Source of the DNA: Podarcis vaucheri
Lineage: Eukaryota
Reading direction: 5' to 3' (one strand)
NCBI GenBank assembly: GCA_965113315.1
Contig: OZ220368.1
DNA length: 64,000 bases
Part shown: piece after piece, positions 48,501 to 61,111 of the stretch
How the letters are laid out: each line of letters starts with the position of its first letter
Numbering within the stretch: the stretch's first letter is position 1
Notes under the pieces: model-generated
Databases searched by the model: none
The model's input: the letters and a program-made list of their open reading frames with translations, nothing else
What the model was told of the DNA's origin: nothing
Program-made: the position numbers and the translations under genes

Positions 48501-50721
48501 AATTAATAGCTAGTAGATCACATATTGCAGGCACACAGGAAAGGAGGCGGGCCAGACCAGGAACCCATTATAGTTAGGAAGAGGCGACACATGAGATGAG
48601 CAGTACCAAAAACGTGCTCCTGTGGCACTTGTAGTGAGAAAGGAATGTGGGCATGATGGGGCAGAAGCTTAGCTGGTAGCACAAGAGGAAAGGAATACCT
48701 AGCATGGAACACCTATCTGGTGGAAAAGGGGTTTTCCTGGGAAGCTGAGGATGACTAAGGGCTTAGAATTTGGTAGCTAGAGCCAGCTGGCTTCCGTCCA
48801 ACTGCTTCTTGTGAAGCTTGCCGAGCTCCAGACCACAGAGGTGGGAAAGGAAATTGAGATCATCCAGTCTGTTGCCATGTGCCAGGCCAGGCAATCCCTC
48901 TGCACTGCATTCCTGAGTGCTGAGCCTAGTGTGACTTCAGATACCATGTTCACTTTTCAGAGTCTGTTTCTCAGCTCTTGTAGTTGCAGTACCAGTAATG
49001 TAACTTGATAGTAGGCCTAAACATTACAATTTTTCTAATCAGGTTGCAGGCCTGTGTTTCCAGTATGGTTGAGGACAACTAGTGGAGGCTAAAACTTTTT
49101 TATCAATGGGTATAGGAGACAAAAAAGCAAAAAATGTGATATGTGTATATGACTTCAACACAGAATGGTGTATCCAGCTATTGAAAGTCTGAAATTACTT
49201 TTATGTATTCCCCACCAGCACCACTTTCTAAAACAAGCGATGGACATGTCTGCTTCAGGTGATTGGAACTATACTACTGGTTTCTGTTTACAACAGAAAT
49301 ATCAACGACAATGAGAAGAGGTTTGAGTTATAATTGCAATGAATGGTCTGACTAGTTCCCAAATAAGCAACTCCGGCTGTGGTTTCCAGCCCGGGAATGG
49401 ATGAGAATTTTGTTCAGTCTGTGTGCGCTGAACTAAACTGTTTGAACTTCCTGGACAAATGCCAAGATTGGAACACAACAGTGGGGACTGGCTGGTGCAC
49501 GCTGGAGCAGGCAAGAGACCAATAGGAGGTAGAGCCAGGGCCAAGGACAGGCAGAGCCACCCGCCTGACTGGTTGTAAATAAGAAGGCAGGAAGACTGGG
49601 GGCTGGTTGAGGTTTGTGGGGCAATGTCCAGTTTGCTGAAATGAACCAGCTTCCAGTGGATAATTATCCTTCGGATTTTCCCCAAGTTTTATTATAAAAT
49701 TCTTGTTGAACACCCCACCCACAAAATGCAAAAAATAAAAATAAAAATATCTTCCTATAGTTTGTGATAAAAATACTTTTAGAAATGTGTACATTGCAAG
49801 AAAGTTGTATTTAAATATCTCTTTTGTGATATGTATTTAAATTCAAATTTTGCAAGGATTTATTTTTTTAATTACAGATTGATTTGGAAACAGGAAGGAA
49901 CAAACTAATGAGTAAACACATGTGAAATAGATGTGGAATAGAAATAGACTGATCTGTCTATCCTATTCCAGTCAAGAATCAGATGAAGACCAGAATCATT
50001 GTAGGATATTGGCCAACAAAATTGGATCATCTTAACCAGATGTGCACCAAGAAGTCATTGCAATAAAAGCCCCTGTTATCAAACACGAGCCCTGCCTGAA
50101 GATTTCAGGCTCCTAATCAACTCTGTGTTAAATGGTTCCCTGCTGTAGCCTTTTTATCTCACAATACAAATGCCAACTTTTTTCTGACATGGTGCCTATG
50201 ACAGCTCAAGGGCAAGTTGAAATTCACCCTGTGAAGTTTTGCCTGTCTGTCACAGGAAATCTGCCAGAAAAAGAAGGTGGCAATTTTATTTAACCCAACA
50301 GCTTTTTTTCCTTTAAAACAAAAACAACCTTTCCTAATAAGCTACCCTGTTAATCACTTTTGTAGGCCCTTAACCTTTGACATTAAATACCACGTTGTCA
50401 ATAGGGCTTAGGATCACAAAGGCAGGAACTTTTCACACCTTCTCTGTGGCATGGTTTGCCTTTGAGTTTAACCCCCCCCCCAAACCCACAGCAGTGCTGC
50501 TTGCTGCCCTTAGCCATACTGCCTTGCAAATCTGTGCTTTATCTGCTCCCTCTACATGGACATCCTGCACAGAGCCAACTCTGTTTCCCCGAATTATTTC
50601 TTTCTAAAAAAATGTTTAGGGTTACTCTCATTTCCCTACTCATATTGAAATACTGCCCCTCAATGAGGCCAAATGTTTAGGGGTATGTATACCCCTGTGT
50701 ACCCCCAGAAAAAAGCACTGG

Positions 50722-50880
50722 TTAGAAGGGACCCTGAGGTCCCTGAGGCCCCAACCCCCTGCAATGCAGGAATCTCAACGAAAGCATCCATGACAAGTGG
50801 CCATCCAACTTCTGCTGAAGAACTTCCAAAGAAGGAGAGTCTACCACCTTCTGAGGGAGTCAGTTCCACTGTTGAACAAT
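50722..50880 (-). mobile_element. CR1 3' fragment
   Basis: aaccccctgcaatgcaggaatc...ggccatccaac; homologous to the 51722 copy. Confidence 0.75.
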
Positions 50881-51721
50881 CCTTGCAAATAGTCATGATC
50901 TGAATGATTTGCCCAAGCTTTCTTAACTGATTTTTATTAAGTGTTGTTGGCTGTGCCACACTTGTAGTTACCTATCACCATCCCTTCCCCAGCCTCTACG
51001 TATTATGCTGTAGTGTGTTTTATCCCCTTTCCAAGCCATTAGTGCTGCTGAATGCACTTCTTGGACATGCCTTTCGCATGTTCATACTTACTGGTTAATC
51101 ATTACCTCTCCTGGTCTTTCAGTTAGGTCTGCAGTGTGTGTGGCAGTGTTTTGATTAAGTCCTGTTTTGAACAAAGATCACCAAGTTGCCTGAAACCATG
51201 GCAGATGGCTCAGACATAAAGTTGGTGGTTTCTCCAGGAAACATGGAGGGTGACCGTGACCAGATGCAAAGGAGGACAGGGCACCTGTGCCTTTAATAGT
51301 AGTTCTTAGCCTAAATTACTATTAATTCAGTATTGTGTACACATTACCAGCTTAAAAAGCAGTGAGGTTGTTCCTCCTTCCCTCCCTGCTGTGTTTCAAT
51401 TCACATGTGCGTGTTGTTGTAAACATCAGTACAGTTGGATGTTTTTCCAAGTTGTCTACTGCCTGTCCCCTCCAATGGGTAAAGAAAGGGCTAAGATCAT
51501 TTTATTTGTATTTGGTAGTCTATGTACAAATACCTACACAAGTTCATATGCACAACTGTTAATGTTCTAAGTATTATTATTTTTGATATCACTCATTTTC
51601 ACTTGGGTTCCTGTGGCTTTGGCTTTTGTTGCCTATATTTGGGGATCCTCTCCTTTTTCTTTACATGGTTTCCACTTTATCCTTACAGCAACCCTGTGAG
51701 TAAGGCTAGGCTGAGAAATAA

Positions 51722-51898
51722 TCATAGAGTTGTAGAGTTGGAAGGGACCCCAAGGGTCATGTTGTCAATCCCCTGCAATGCAGGAATCTCAGCTAAAGCA
51801 TCCATGACAGAAGGCCATCCAACCTCTGCTTAAAAACCTCCGAGGAAGGAGAGTCCACAACTTCTCCAGGGAGGCCACTCCACTGAACTACTCTTACT
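51722..51898 (-). mobile_element. CR1 3' fragment
   Basis: tcatagagttgtagagttggaagggacccc terminal repeat followed by CR1 3' sequence. Confidence 0.8.
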
Positions 51899-52984
51899 CT
51901 TAATGCATTTGAACCTGAGCCTCCCTGCTCCTAATGCAATATGCTAACAACTCCACTGCACTGCATCTCCGATGGGCACACTCTATCTGATGAGCACAAA
52001 GCAGTCTCTGGGCATACAGTAGTGCTGTGAATGAATATAGGAAAGTGCTCTGTATACTCCCATGCAAGCTAGGACTTTGTATTGGGATCTGTTACGGCTA
52101 ATATGTGTACCAAAATACAATTAAATCAACTTCAGTGCCAGCCTCCTCAGCTTCCTTTGCTGGAATCTGTAGAAAGCTCAGCATCTAAATGCAAGTGGCT
52201 GTTTTCAGGCCGTAACCAAGCCTTGAGTAATGCCCAACTTCTCCAGAATCTCTGCCGCACTGGTTCTATTTTGGGTGCTGCGTTCAGCTGCAGTTTTCTT
52301 ATGCAACCATGGCAGCCTGTGCATTGCCGATATTATGAAGAAACAGGAAGGATGAGGCATTTACAATTCCCATCTCTCTTCCTCCTCTTTCTCCACCTCC
52401 TCCATCTCTGTATGCCAAAAGCTGCTCTTTGGCCTGGTTTCACATGTCACAAGATTGCCTTTGCACTGGCATGACATAGCATAGATGCTCCTGCGGCTGT
52501 TTTTTTTTAAAAAATAAGCTATAAAATCCATAAATGTTGGCTCCTCCTCCAGTCTGGCACAGACAGCTTCTATGGCTGGCAGAAATTCCCACTACCTATG
52601 TACATTGCAGCTACTGTCTATAGGAGGATAGGGATTTCTGTTACCAAGTTGCTGTGGAAGGGAATTCATCCCTTAGCATCAATCCAGTTTTGCAGGAAAG
52701 AAGGGCATGTTCCCTGCCTCACTTTGCCCAAAGTGCTCTGTCCTTAGTGTTATCAGGGATGAAGGATAAATACGTACCATCAAGTTGCTGCACATGCTGT
52801 TGTGGATACCTATTTATCCTTGGCCATTCTGCACAGTATTCTGCTTCTCCTCCCAAGCAAATTTGGGTTACAGCAATGTTTTGATGTGTTGTCCCTCCTC
52901 TTTCCCCAAGTCAGTTTCTTTTAACTTTCCAAGACGTTGCCTCCCAGTCTTCACCTTTGCAGCCCAAAAAGCTTTCCCCAGTGG

Positions 52985-53196
52985 GTAGAGTGATGGATTA
53001 GAACTGAGCGGACCCAAGTTGAAATCCCTACTCAGTCATGAAGTTCACTGGCTGACCATCAGCCAGTCATCATCTCTTACTCTGACCTATGTAACAGGGC
53101 TGCTGAGAGAATAAAATGGGAGTGAGAGTAAGAGGACCGTGTTTGCCATCTTGAGCTCCTTAGAGGAAAGGTGGGATATGATAATAATAAATAAAT
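52985..53196 (+). mobile_element. CORE/MIR-like SINE
   Basis: B-box remnant gttgaaatccc, CORE segment, ggaaaggtgggata plus (AAT/AAAT)n tail. Confidence 0.75.
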
Positions 53197-54428
53197 ACCG
53201 GTACCTCTTTGGCCTGCTCTGTCTCTCTCTCTCTCTTAATGATAGGTGATAGGTGCATTCACACCATTTGGGATAAAGTGGCCTTGTATGATGACCAGTC
53301 AACTGCATAAAATAACAAACCAGTGTGAAGTACCAAGTGCTTTGGGAAGACTGTGCTAATGTCATCTCTTCATTTAGTTAGGTGATGCAGCACATGGGGT
53401 TGTAAAAGGTTCCCTGTGTCCTTCACTTCTTTGTCGTAAAAACAGCTAGTTTGTGCAAGGCTGCCATAGTGACATGACAGTTTCCTCTTAGTGGAGACCT
53501 TTGTCATTTATGCTTTCATAATTTCCACTGTGTTAAGAATATGATTAAAAACTGACTTCTTAAGGGCTGATTACCAACTAAATGGGAAGGAAAGCTCTGT
53601 TGTGGAATACACTGGAAATTCTGTTGCCTTACGGCTTCCTGGAGTGGAGCAGTAGTGGTCATGACCCTGTTTAAAGACCTATTCGTATTGTGGTTTGCTT
53701 TCTCCTTACACAGTGTCCCTCATTGCAACATCTCTGTGGTGACCAGTGTTGGTGCTCTCACACATTCCAACCAACACTATATACAGACCTACAATATACT
53801 GTACTATATACCCTGAGCCCATGTATCTGAGGAAACATCTTCAGTAGAAAGCCCACCCCTTTCTTGCCAGTGGGTAACCAAGGTTTGTCCTTGACTTACT
53901 GCTTGTTGTTTGTTTGGGTTGTTTCATCCCTGGCAGCGGCAACAGCAGGAGTAAGGTTTGATGTGTGAACTGGCTGATACTGTCTGTACAGTCAATTATT
54001 TGATTTCAAGAGTTTCTAAAAGGCAGAAAGCATGAGACCTATCAAATATCAAGTATCCAGCTTCTAACAGCTCTTGTAATTGTGTGAAAAAGCTGAAGGA
54101 GGGATGTGATCAGTAGTTTCTAATAAACTCTTCTCCAGAAGATTTTATTTCTACTCTAACTTTTCTAATGCATTAATTTGACAGTTTAAAAAAACCCCAC
54201 CATTCCAGTTTTATAACTTGGAGAGGAAGCTATTAATGTCATTAGATCAATTTATGCTGATGATAACCATACATCAGAATTAAAGCTTGGCTATTTGTTC
54301 TGCTTTCAAACATGTCAGTTGCATCTGCTTCCTTATTTCATCTCTATGGTGTCCTTCAGATAACCATTTTTTATTCAGCACTCATCCTGATTTGCTTGTG
54401 CAGAGTCAACACAGTGGTCAGATTAAAC

Positions 54429-54624
54429 CAGGCATGTCTGAAGGCTGTTTTGGGAGCCTAATCCGGTGTGCCGGTTGATTTAATCCAGCCCCCGTGGCAG
54501 TATATGTCCTTATGTCCTGGGGTAAAATCCTAATCCTAAAATAAACTCAACAACTTTGGTCGGCACCCACGCATGTTCAGTCCATCAAATCTGGCCCTCT
54601 TTGAAAAAAGTTTGGGCACCCCTG
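54429..54624. mobile_element. hAT MITE
   Basis: CAGGCATGTC ... GGCACCCCTG termini; 8-bp TSD gattaaac/gattagac. Confidence 0.78.
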
Positions 54625-55358
54625 GATTAGACTCTACCTGATTTTTACTGATAATTCATTCTGATTTGCTTACAAAATACCGACCGTATGGAGTCAGGTT
54701 GTAGGAAGGTCATCAGGATATGAGGATACAATTTCAGGTACAGTAATCATGAAAGTAGAAGCCACAGCTGGAGCACTGGGAGAGAACGTAAGCACAGTGA
54801 AAGCCAAGGTTATCCAAGTTTTTATTCCCGTGTCTAGAAGGCCTGCATGTTTTTTTCTTTTCTTTTCTAGGCTCTGTTCAACTAAATGGCAGCTCCGGTT
54901 CTCTAGAGCAAATGCTGCTCTTGATGGCATGGCAGTTCTGAGTACTACTGACAATGTGCTCACTAGAGCCAAGTGGAACTGCTTAACTGAGACTAAGTCT
55001 CATTGCAGTTAGTGAGAGCTTCCTTCTGAGTAGACGTGCATGGCGTTTCCCTGTCACCGTACTGCAAAAGCACTTTCTCAAAAAGAAACCAGATGTGTCT
55101 TACTGTAAGACATCCTGTTTTCTTTACATGACCTCTGGCAATGTTGTCTAATAATTTTAAAATCATTTTCCATTGTCCAATGTTGCTGAACTCCCAGCTT
55201 CATAGATGTTGTTGGATCAACTCTCAGAAATCCTTACTGCTGGCCATTTGGAGATCCAAGGTTCAAAAAAAGCTGCTGTGTAGCATTTAGTATCTACCAC
55301 CAATTTTCTACAGCTCTTCTTCCATTTTGTCATGTTACTGTTCCTTGACAAACAGAGA

Positions 55359-55485
55359 CATAGAATTGTAGAGTTAGAAGGGGACACAAGGGCTATCTAG
55401 TCAAACCCCTGTAATGCAGGAATCTTTTGCCCTATGTGGGGCTCAAACCCACAACCCTGAGATTAAGAGTCTCATGCTCTACTGA
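55359..55485 (-). mobile_element. tRNA-Lys(CTT)-derived SINE with CR1-like 3' tail
   Basis: Minus strand gtagagcatgagactcttaatctcagggttgtgggtttgagccccac is tRNA-Lys-like, fused to the CR1 terminus seen at 51722. Confidence 0.8.
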
Positions 55486-58400
55486 GGACAAACTATTCAA
55501 TTTAAAGAGGGTTGTGCTAAATGATGTAAAGTGCATTCATTTTACGGGGGGGGTGCACCAGAATTCAATGTTTCTGTTGCATTTTAAACCTCTCTTGGTG
55601 GAGGGAGTAGATATGAAAAACAAAAGAAAGGTGAATGGTTAAGCACCCCCTCCCTTGTCACTTCTCCATTGCAAACTTACCATGTAATCAACGGTGTAGT
55701 TTGGTCCTAAATCCTTGTCTATAAAATATGTGTGTCACTTATTTCTGATTTCAATTCCATTATGTTCCATCTGACTCCAATTTTAATATATTCAGCATTA
55801 AATCCTAGTTCCCTCTAGGATTTATTTTGCAAGAGAATATATTTGTTTAGCCAGCCTGCTTCCTTGGTTGAAGACCAGTTGACAATGAGAGTTTTTTTCA
55901 TTTGTACTTCATGGTGAATATGAAAGTATGTGATTCAACAAAAGCTAATTCTGGCTCATTCTGCACCACAGTGAATGGGACTGCCATTGAAAAAGAGAGG
56001 ATCCCACACGCCTGGCTATTATGTGTCATGTTTAGTTGGCAGTGATAACGAAGGCGCGGAAGGATCACGCTCATCAATTCCGTCCTTGGGGAAAACCCTG
56101 CATGCGCTGCACTTATTGCTCCCGATCTGCTGGCATTCTGCTCATTGCTAGGAAACTAATTATAGCTTTGAAATCAGAGCCTGCGAATGGGGGTAGAAAG
56201 CCAAGTAGCAACTGAGTTTCTCACAAAGTGTGGGAGTGGAAGACAGCGCCTTGCTCCAGAAAAAAAGCTGGGATTTTAGGGATGGTGGCAAAATTCCCTA
56301 TTACTGGCCTTTAGTCCACTTGTCTGTTATCTTTGCAAAGTGGTCTTTCTTGCACCAACTTTCTGTAGATTTCCCCCATGCCAGTTTGATTGTTTTTAGA
56401 ACAGAGCATGACAGCATTTGTACAGATACAATTTAGCCAGCTACCACCATCATCAAAATTTGATCTTAACTGTCTGTGCATGGGGTACTGCTTAAATTTG
56501 TATTCACTTTAACTTCTATCTCACGGATTCACTACTGAGGTGATTATGTTAGCCATTTACCACCATTAACAGTCATTTTTTAATTGTTAACCTGTCTCTC
56601 ACTAATTCGTCCCATGTGACTTAGCTTTGTACGGATCCATCCAATTTGTCAATTTTGCTTTAGTTCTTCAATTACCAGCAGCATCTAGGCTCATTATTCA
56701 ACACTGGGACTCGTTTGGCTCTAAATTCTGGGTCATCCTGAAACATTCCCAGCTGGTTCATTTTTAATTCTTAGTCCCCTTGGCCATAATGATACTATAC
56801 TAAAAGCCTCCTCTTCTTTGCTCTTCTTGTAAAGATTCATGAAATAACCTGTTATTGTAATTAATCATCTCTGTAAAAGTGCTAGGGAGGTTTGGAGCAT
56901 TTTTCTTTTTGTAGTTGGCAGACGAACTCTGAGGACAGGACATGGGGGGGGTGGCACATCCTCTCCTGTAAATCCCCTGTTACTGCCACAGAACACGTCA
57001 GTACCTTCCATAGTTGAGTGGTAAAACACATGTTTTTTTCATGCAGAAGGTTCCATGTCCTGGCTTCTCCAATAAAAAAAACCCCCTAATTTATTTCCCA
57101 GCCTAGTTTTAGACTGAATTTAATATCTTCAAATCTTTAAATTGTCCAAGAGGATATTTGTAATTCTACAGAATATCTACCTTATTAGGGAATGCTATTT
57201 TTGGTTGCTGTTGTTGTTTTAATTAAAAACAACATGCACATACTCTCTTGTAATGCATGTAGTCTGCAGTCCTTTTCCACTTCATGTAGCCCTGGTGTAA
57301 GTGTGTGGGTGAGATTGAGTATTATGCATCTGGGTCAGAAAGCAAAAGTGACATTTGCAATACATGATGTGTGATTTGACCCATTAGCACTTGAAAATCA
57401 CTGTTCAGTTGCAAGCACAGAGAGGTTATTTTGAGCCGGGTGACTGTGTCACAGACAGGGATGACATCACTCTGCTTTGCATGACCTTCACATGGTCCTA
57501 TCTTACAAATCTTTGCTCACTAATGAAATTCAAAAGCTTTCACTGGTTTTGTCAGTCCAGCAATCCCTGCTCCAGTATTTCTTATTAATAGTTATAGTTG
57601 TTGTGATGAGGATATTATTGTTGTTGCTGCTGCTGTTAATTATTATTACTGTTATCTTTATCTCACTTCTGGCTTTTGAATCATTGCTCTTTTGTCACTT
57701 GCTTGGTATACGTCACCTGAACGTCCAGTTTATGATTGCCTTGCAAAATTCTAGACAGTCTCTCAGTGTTGCTGCAGCAGCTGCCAAGGTTGAAGTACGG
57801 GTCAGGCTGCTGCTCAGACTCCACAATGGGAGTGATGAAGCTTAACTTAAAAATCTCTCTGACTATACAAATGCAGAGAAGTCAATTCCCAAGGCAGCAA
57901 GAAGCGCAAAATGGCATAAACTTTGCTTTCTAGCAGACCTTATTTCCATGGTTCGGAAAGCCTACTATTTTTTCTTATAAACCAAAGGGGCTAGAACTAT
58001 CACCCTCCCACCCAGCTCCACCTACCGAAACCTGCCTCCAAGGCTGCCCATTAAGCTCCACCTAACGTACAATGTGGCTGGTTGAAGAGAAACTGTGTGG
58101 TGCTCTTACTAGTCCATTCTTTTTCAAATAGAAGGGTAAGGGGAAAGGTTTGTTTATTTATTATTCTTACATTTCCAACACTTTAACAATAACTCCACGC
58201 TGGCTCTCAGTTCCCTCCCTGTGGCATGGGATGTCCCTTAGATTGCATAGGTGCTATAAGCATTTATCTGTAGTGGCAATTTGGGTGTGGCCATGCACTG
58301 GGTTTTGTGGGAGTGAGAAAGAAGGTGCTATCTTGGGTCTGTTTTCTCTGCAGCAGTATGTGGAGCAGCCCTTAGTTTGCAGTGCCATTGCTTAGAAAAC

Positions 58401-58611
58401 CTCATTGAAGGTCAAACTGGAACAGAGACAAAGTTCAGAGAACAGATTTCAAAGCAGCACTGTAGGTCTCCTGTTCCAAACTGGAGAGGCTGTAGCTCCA
58501 AAAATGCTGTAGATCTCAGAATCTCAGGAAAGTCTTGGGTTGTTGCTAGTGCTACAAGTGTGTTCAAGATTCTGTCTTGCACAGTCTGATTCTCAACCTC
58601 TTTTGTTTCAG

Positions 58612-58671
58612 CTATGTGTTGAATTCATCAAGGACACACTGAGTGTGGAGCAAGCCTGTGAGGCCTTTCAG
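58612..58671 (+). CDS. BTBD19: BTBD19 exon 4 (BTB end / BACK start)
   Basis: tttcag|CTA ... CAG|gtgagt; LCVEFIKDTLSVEQACEAFQ; 60 bp, in phase with exon 3. Confidence 0.92.
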
Positions 58672-58849
58672 GTGAGTGGCATTTCTTCCTCCTCCTCACA
58701 GTGCCTGTCAATCCTAGAGACCTAGATTAATTTACATGAAGGGGCGGAAGACCTTTACTAGGACATCCTGTTGTCAGTCAGCTGAACAGTTCAGATTCCC
58801 TTCAGATTAGGCTGGTTCTAAAGATACGCAACTCCAGTGATGAATGGGA

Positions 58850-59060
58850 TTGTTTGTGTGATTGGGGGCAGGCTGCAGAGTGGTTAAACAACCAATCCAT
58901 CTTCTCAGGGAACTCCGAGAACTATAGCTCAGCGAGGGGAATAGGGGCCCCCAATCAACTCTCAGCACCCTTAACAAACTACACTTCCTGGGATTCTCTG
59001 AGGGCTCGTTGTGACTGTTCAAAGTGATATCATATTACTTTGAATGCATAGTGTAGATGG
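58850..59060. repeat. Interspersed repeat, unclassified
   Basis: cagcacccttaacaaactaca motif recurs inverted at about 61640-61660 (tgtagtttgttaagggtgc); boundaries approximate. Confidence 0.5.
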
Positions 59061-60614
59061 AGCTTCAGATTTGAGGTGGTAATGTTTTCTCTTTAAGAGC
59101 GCACTATCCACTTTCTTTAAAGCCATGTATTTCCATTTGTTGAAATGGAACGTAAGTAGTTATTTCTCTTTTGGCAGCCTATCTCTGTGAGGCGGGGATG
59201 TTGGCATGGATACTACCCATGTGATCCATCAGCCCAATGGGATTCTGGCCTTCAAACACTCAGGAAAGTGGCAACAGTGCCTTGATGATATATTAATTGG
59301 GACTAATTTAAAACCAGTCAGACGATTCCTAATGGGCAATAGTTATTCTTGGATCTCATTAGCTAAGCAATAGAAGGCTTTTGCTGCTACGAGGAAGCAA
59401 AGGCTTAATACTACTCTTGTTTTGGCAATACGTGCACTCTCATCTCTTTTGGTATATAAACAGAAGAAATTGTCATAGCCTATCCCACTCCACCACAGAC
59501 CTCATGAACACAGCTTGTATATTATTTTTACATATTTATTTCCTAGCAATAAAAACAAAACAAAAAAGCAACACATCACCCAGGGCTTGGTATCAATAAA
59601 ACTGCTATTACAGCTTCAACCTTCATCTTCATTTATCTGCAGAAAAAATATCCAAGCATCAATTTCAGTTTGTGAGCTCTTTTTGCCCCTCTGTTATTGG
59701 AAATGAGCCTAATCGCCCTCTCTGGAGCAGACTTCATCAGGATAAGAAGTTAGAGCAAAAAAGCTGCCAATATTCTCTCAGCTTTATTGCAGATATTATG
59801 ATTTTAGATTTTGTGGGTAAGAGACTAAAGTTTTGGAAAGAGGAACTGACCAAGGAGGAGCAATGCATATGCTGGTGAGGAAGCACTAGAAATATATCCT
59901 GGTATAAAAATCCCTTTTCTAGCTTTGTATTGCCTCTGTGGTGCCCTCCCTCCTTTACCATCTCCCTAGAGATTGTGCTGCCCCTTTCAGGGCAATGGAG
60001 GAACCATACTCTCTTTGAATTTTATTCTCCCAGCTCCCACTCCACCATCTGATTTCTCTTTACAGGACCTTAGCAAGGCCTCCTGTGGTGCTGCAGCCTT
60101 TGTTCTGGCGGCACCTGCCCCTTCGAGGCCCACACTGAGCCCTGCGGGCTGATTTCACGCCAGCTGACACACACAAGCCAAATCTAGCAGCTGAAGTTCA
60201 GGAGCAGCCGGTAAATGGGACTCTGGCATCTACCAGAAACCACTCTAAGCTGGTGACCAGGCATTATAAAATGGGGAGGGGAGGGGAGTCCTGTTGTGCC
60301 CGGTTTCCTTTGCAACAATGCCTAGACGCTTCCTTTATTTTTGGTAGATTCTTTGTGTTCATCCTCTCCCCTGCCCCCACATATACCATGTATGGGCCAG
60401 AAGGATGAGGAGCTGCAACAAAAGGGTCTGTGCTCACTTTGCCTCAGGGAGCAGCCAGCCTTCTGTGCTGTATCAATTGCGCCCAAAGGGGATGGAAACT
60501 ACCATGCTGTAAAATCTTTGGCAAAGGCTGGGGCAGCATTCGATTGCTAGATCCTTGACATAGTAGGCCAAATACTCCCACCCCATTTGTGTGATCAAAC
60601 ATTGAAAAAACATT

Positions 60615-60829
60615 GAGAGCCAGTGTGCTGTCGTTGTTAGATTCCTGGGCTAGGACCTGGGAGACCAGGGTTCAAATCCCCATTTGACCATGAAACTCAC
60701 TGGGTGACCTTGGGCTAATTGTTATCTCCCATGCTAATTTACATCACTGCGTTGTTGGGAGGATAAAATGGGGAAGGGGAGAATGATATCTTGCATTCCT
60801 TGGAGGAAAGGTGAGCTATAAATGCAATT
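60615..60829 (+). mobile_element. CORE/MIR-like SINE
   Basis: gagagccagtgtg head, B-box ggttcaaatcc, CORE gggtgaccttgggc, L2-like tail. Confidence 0.82.

Positions 60830-60866
<37 letters not shown>
60830..60866. repeat. (AAC)n microsatellite (SINE tail)
   Basis: Direct reading. Confidence 0.92.
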
Positions 60867-61111
60867 CTGTCGTATCTTGGATCCCGAACGCCCTGAAACT
60901 CAGATGTTTTGGCTCCTGAACGCCGCAAACCTGGAAGTGATTGTTCTAGCTTGCGAACGTTTTTTTGGAACCTGAACGTCCAATGGGGCTTTCATGGCTT
61001 ATGATTGGCTGCAGGAGCTTCCGATTCAGAAGCCGCAATTTGGTTTTCAAACATTTTGGAAGTTGAACAGACTTCTGGAACGGATTCTTTTTGACATCCA
61101 AGGTACGACTG
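60867..61111. mobile_element. Tigger-like MITE, same family as 18676
   Basis: Colinear homology with 18676..18926; right end CCAAGGTACGACTG|TA. Confidence 0.85.

Noticed and set aside
55425-55485. tRNA-Lys gene
   Set aside because: 5' end truncated, B box mutated and fused to a CR1-like tail, so a SINE rather than a functional tRNA
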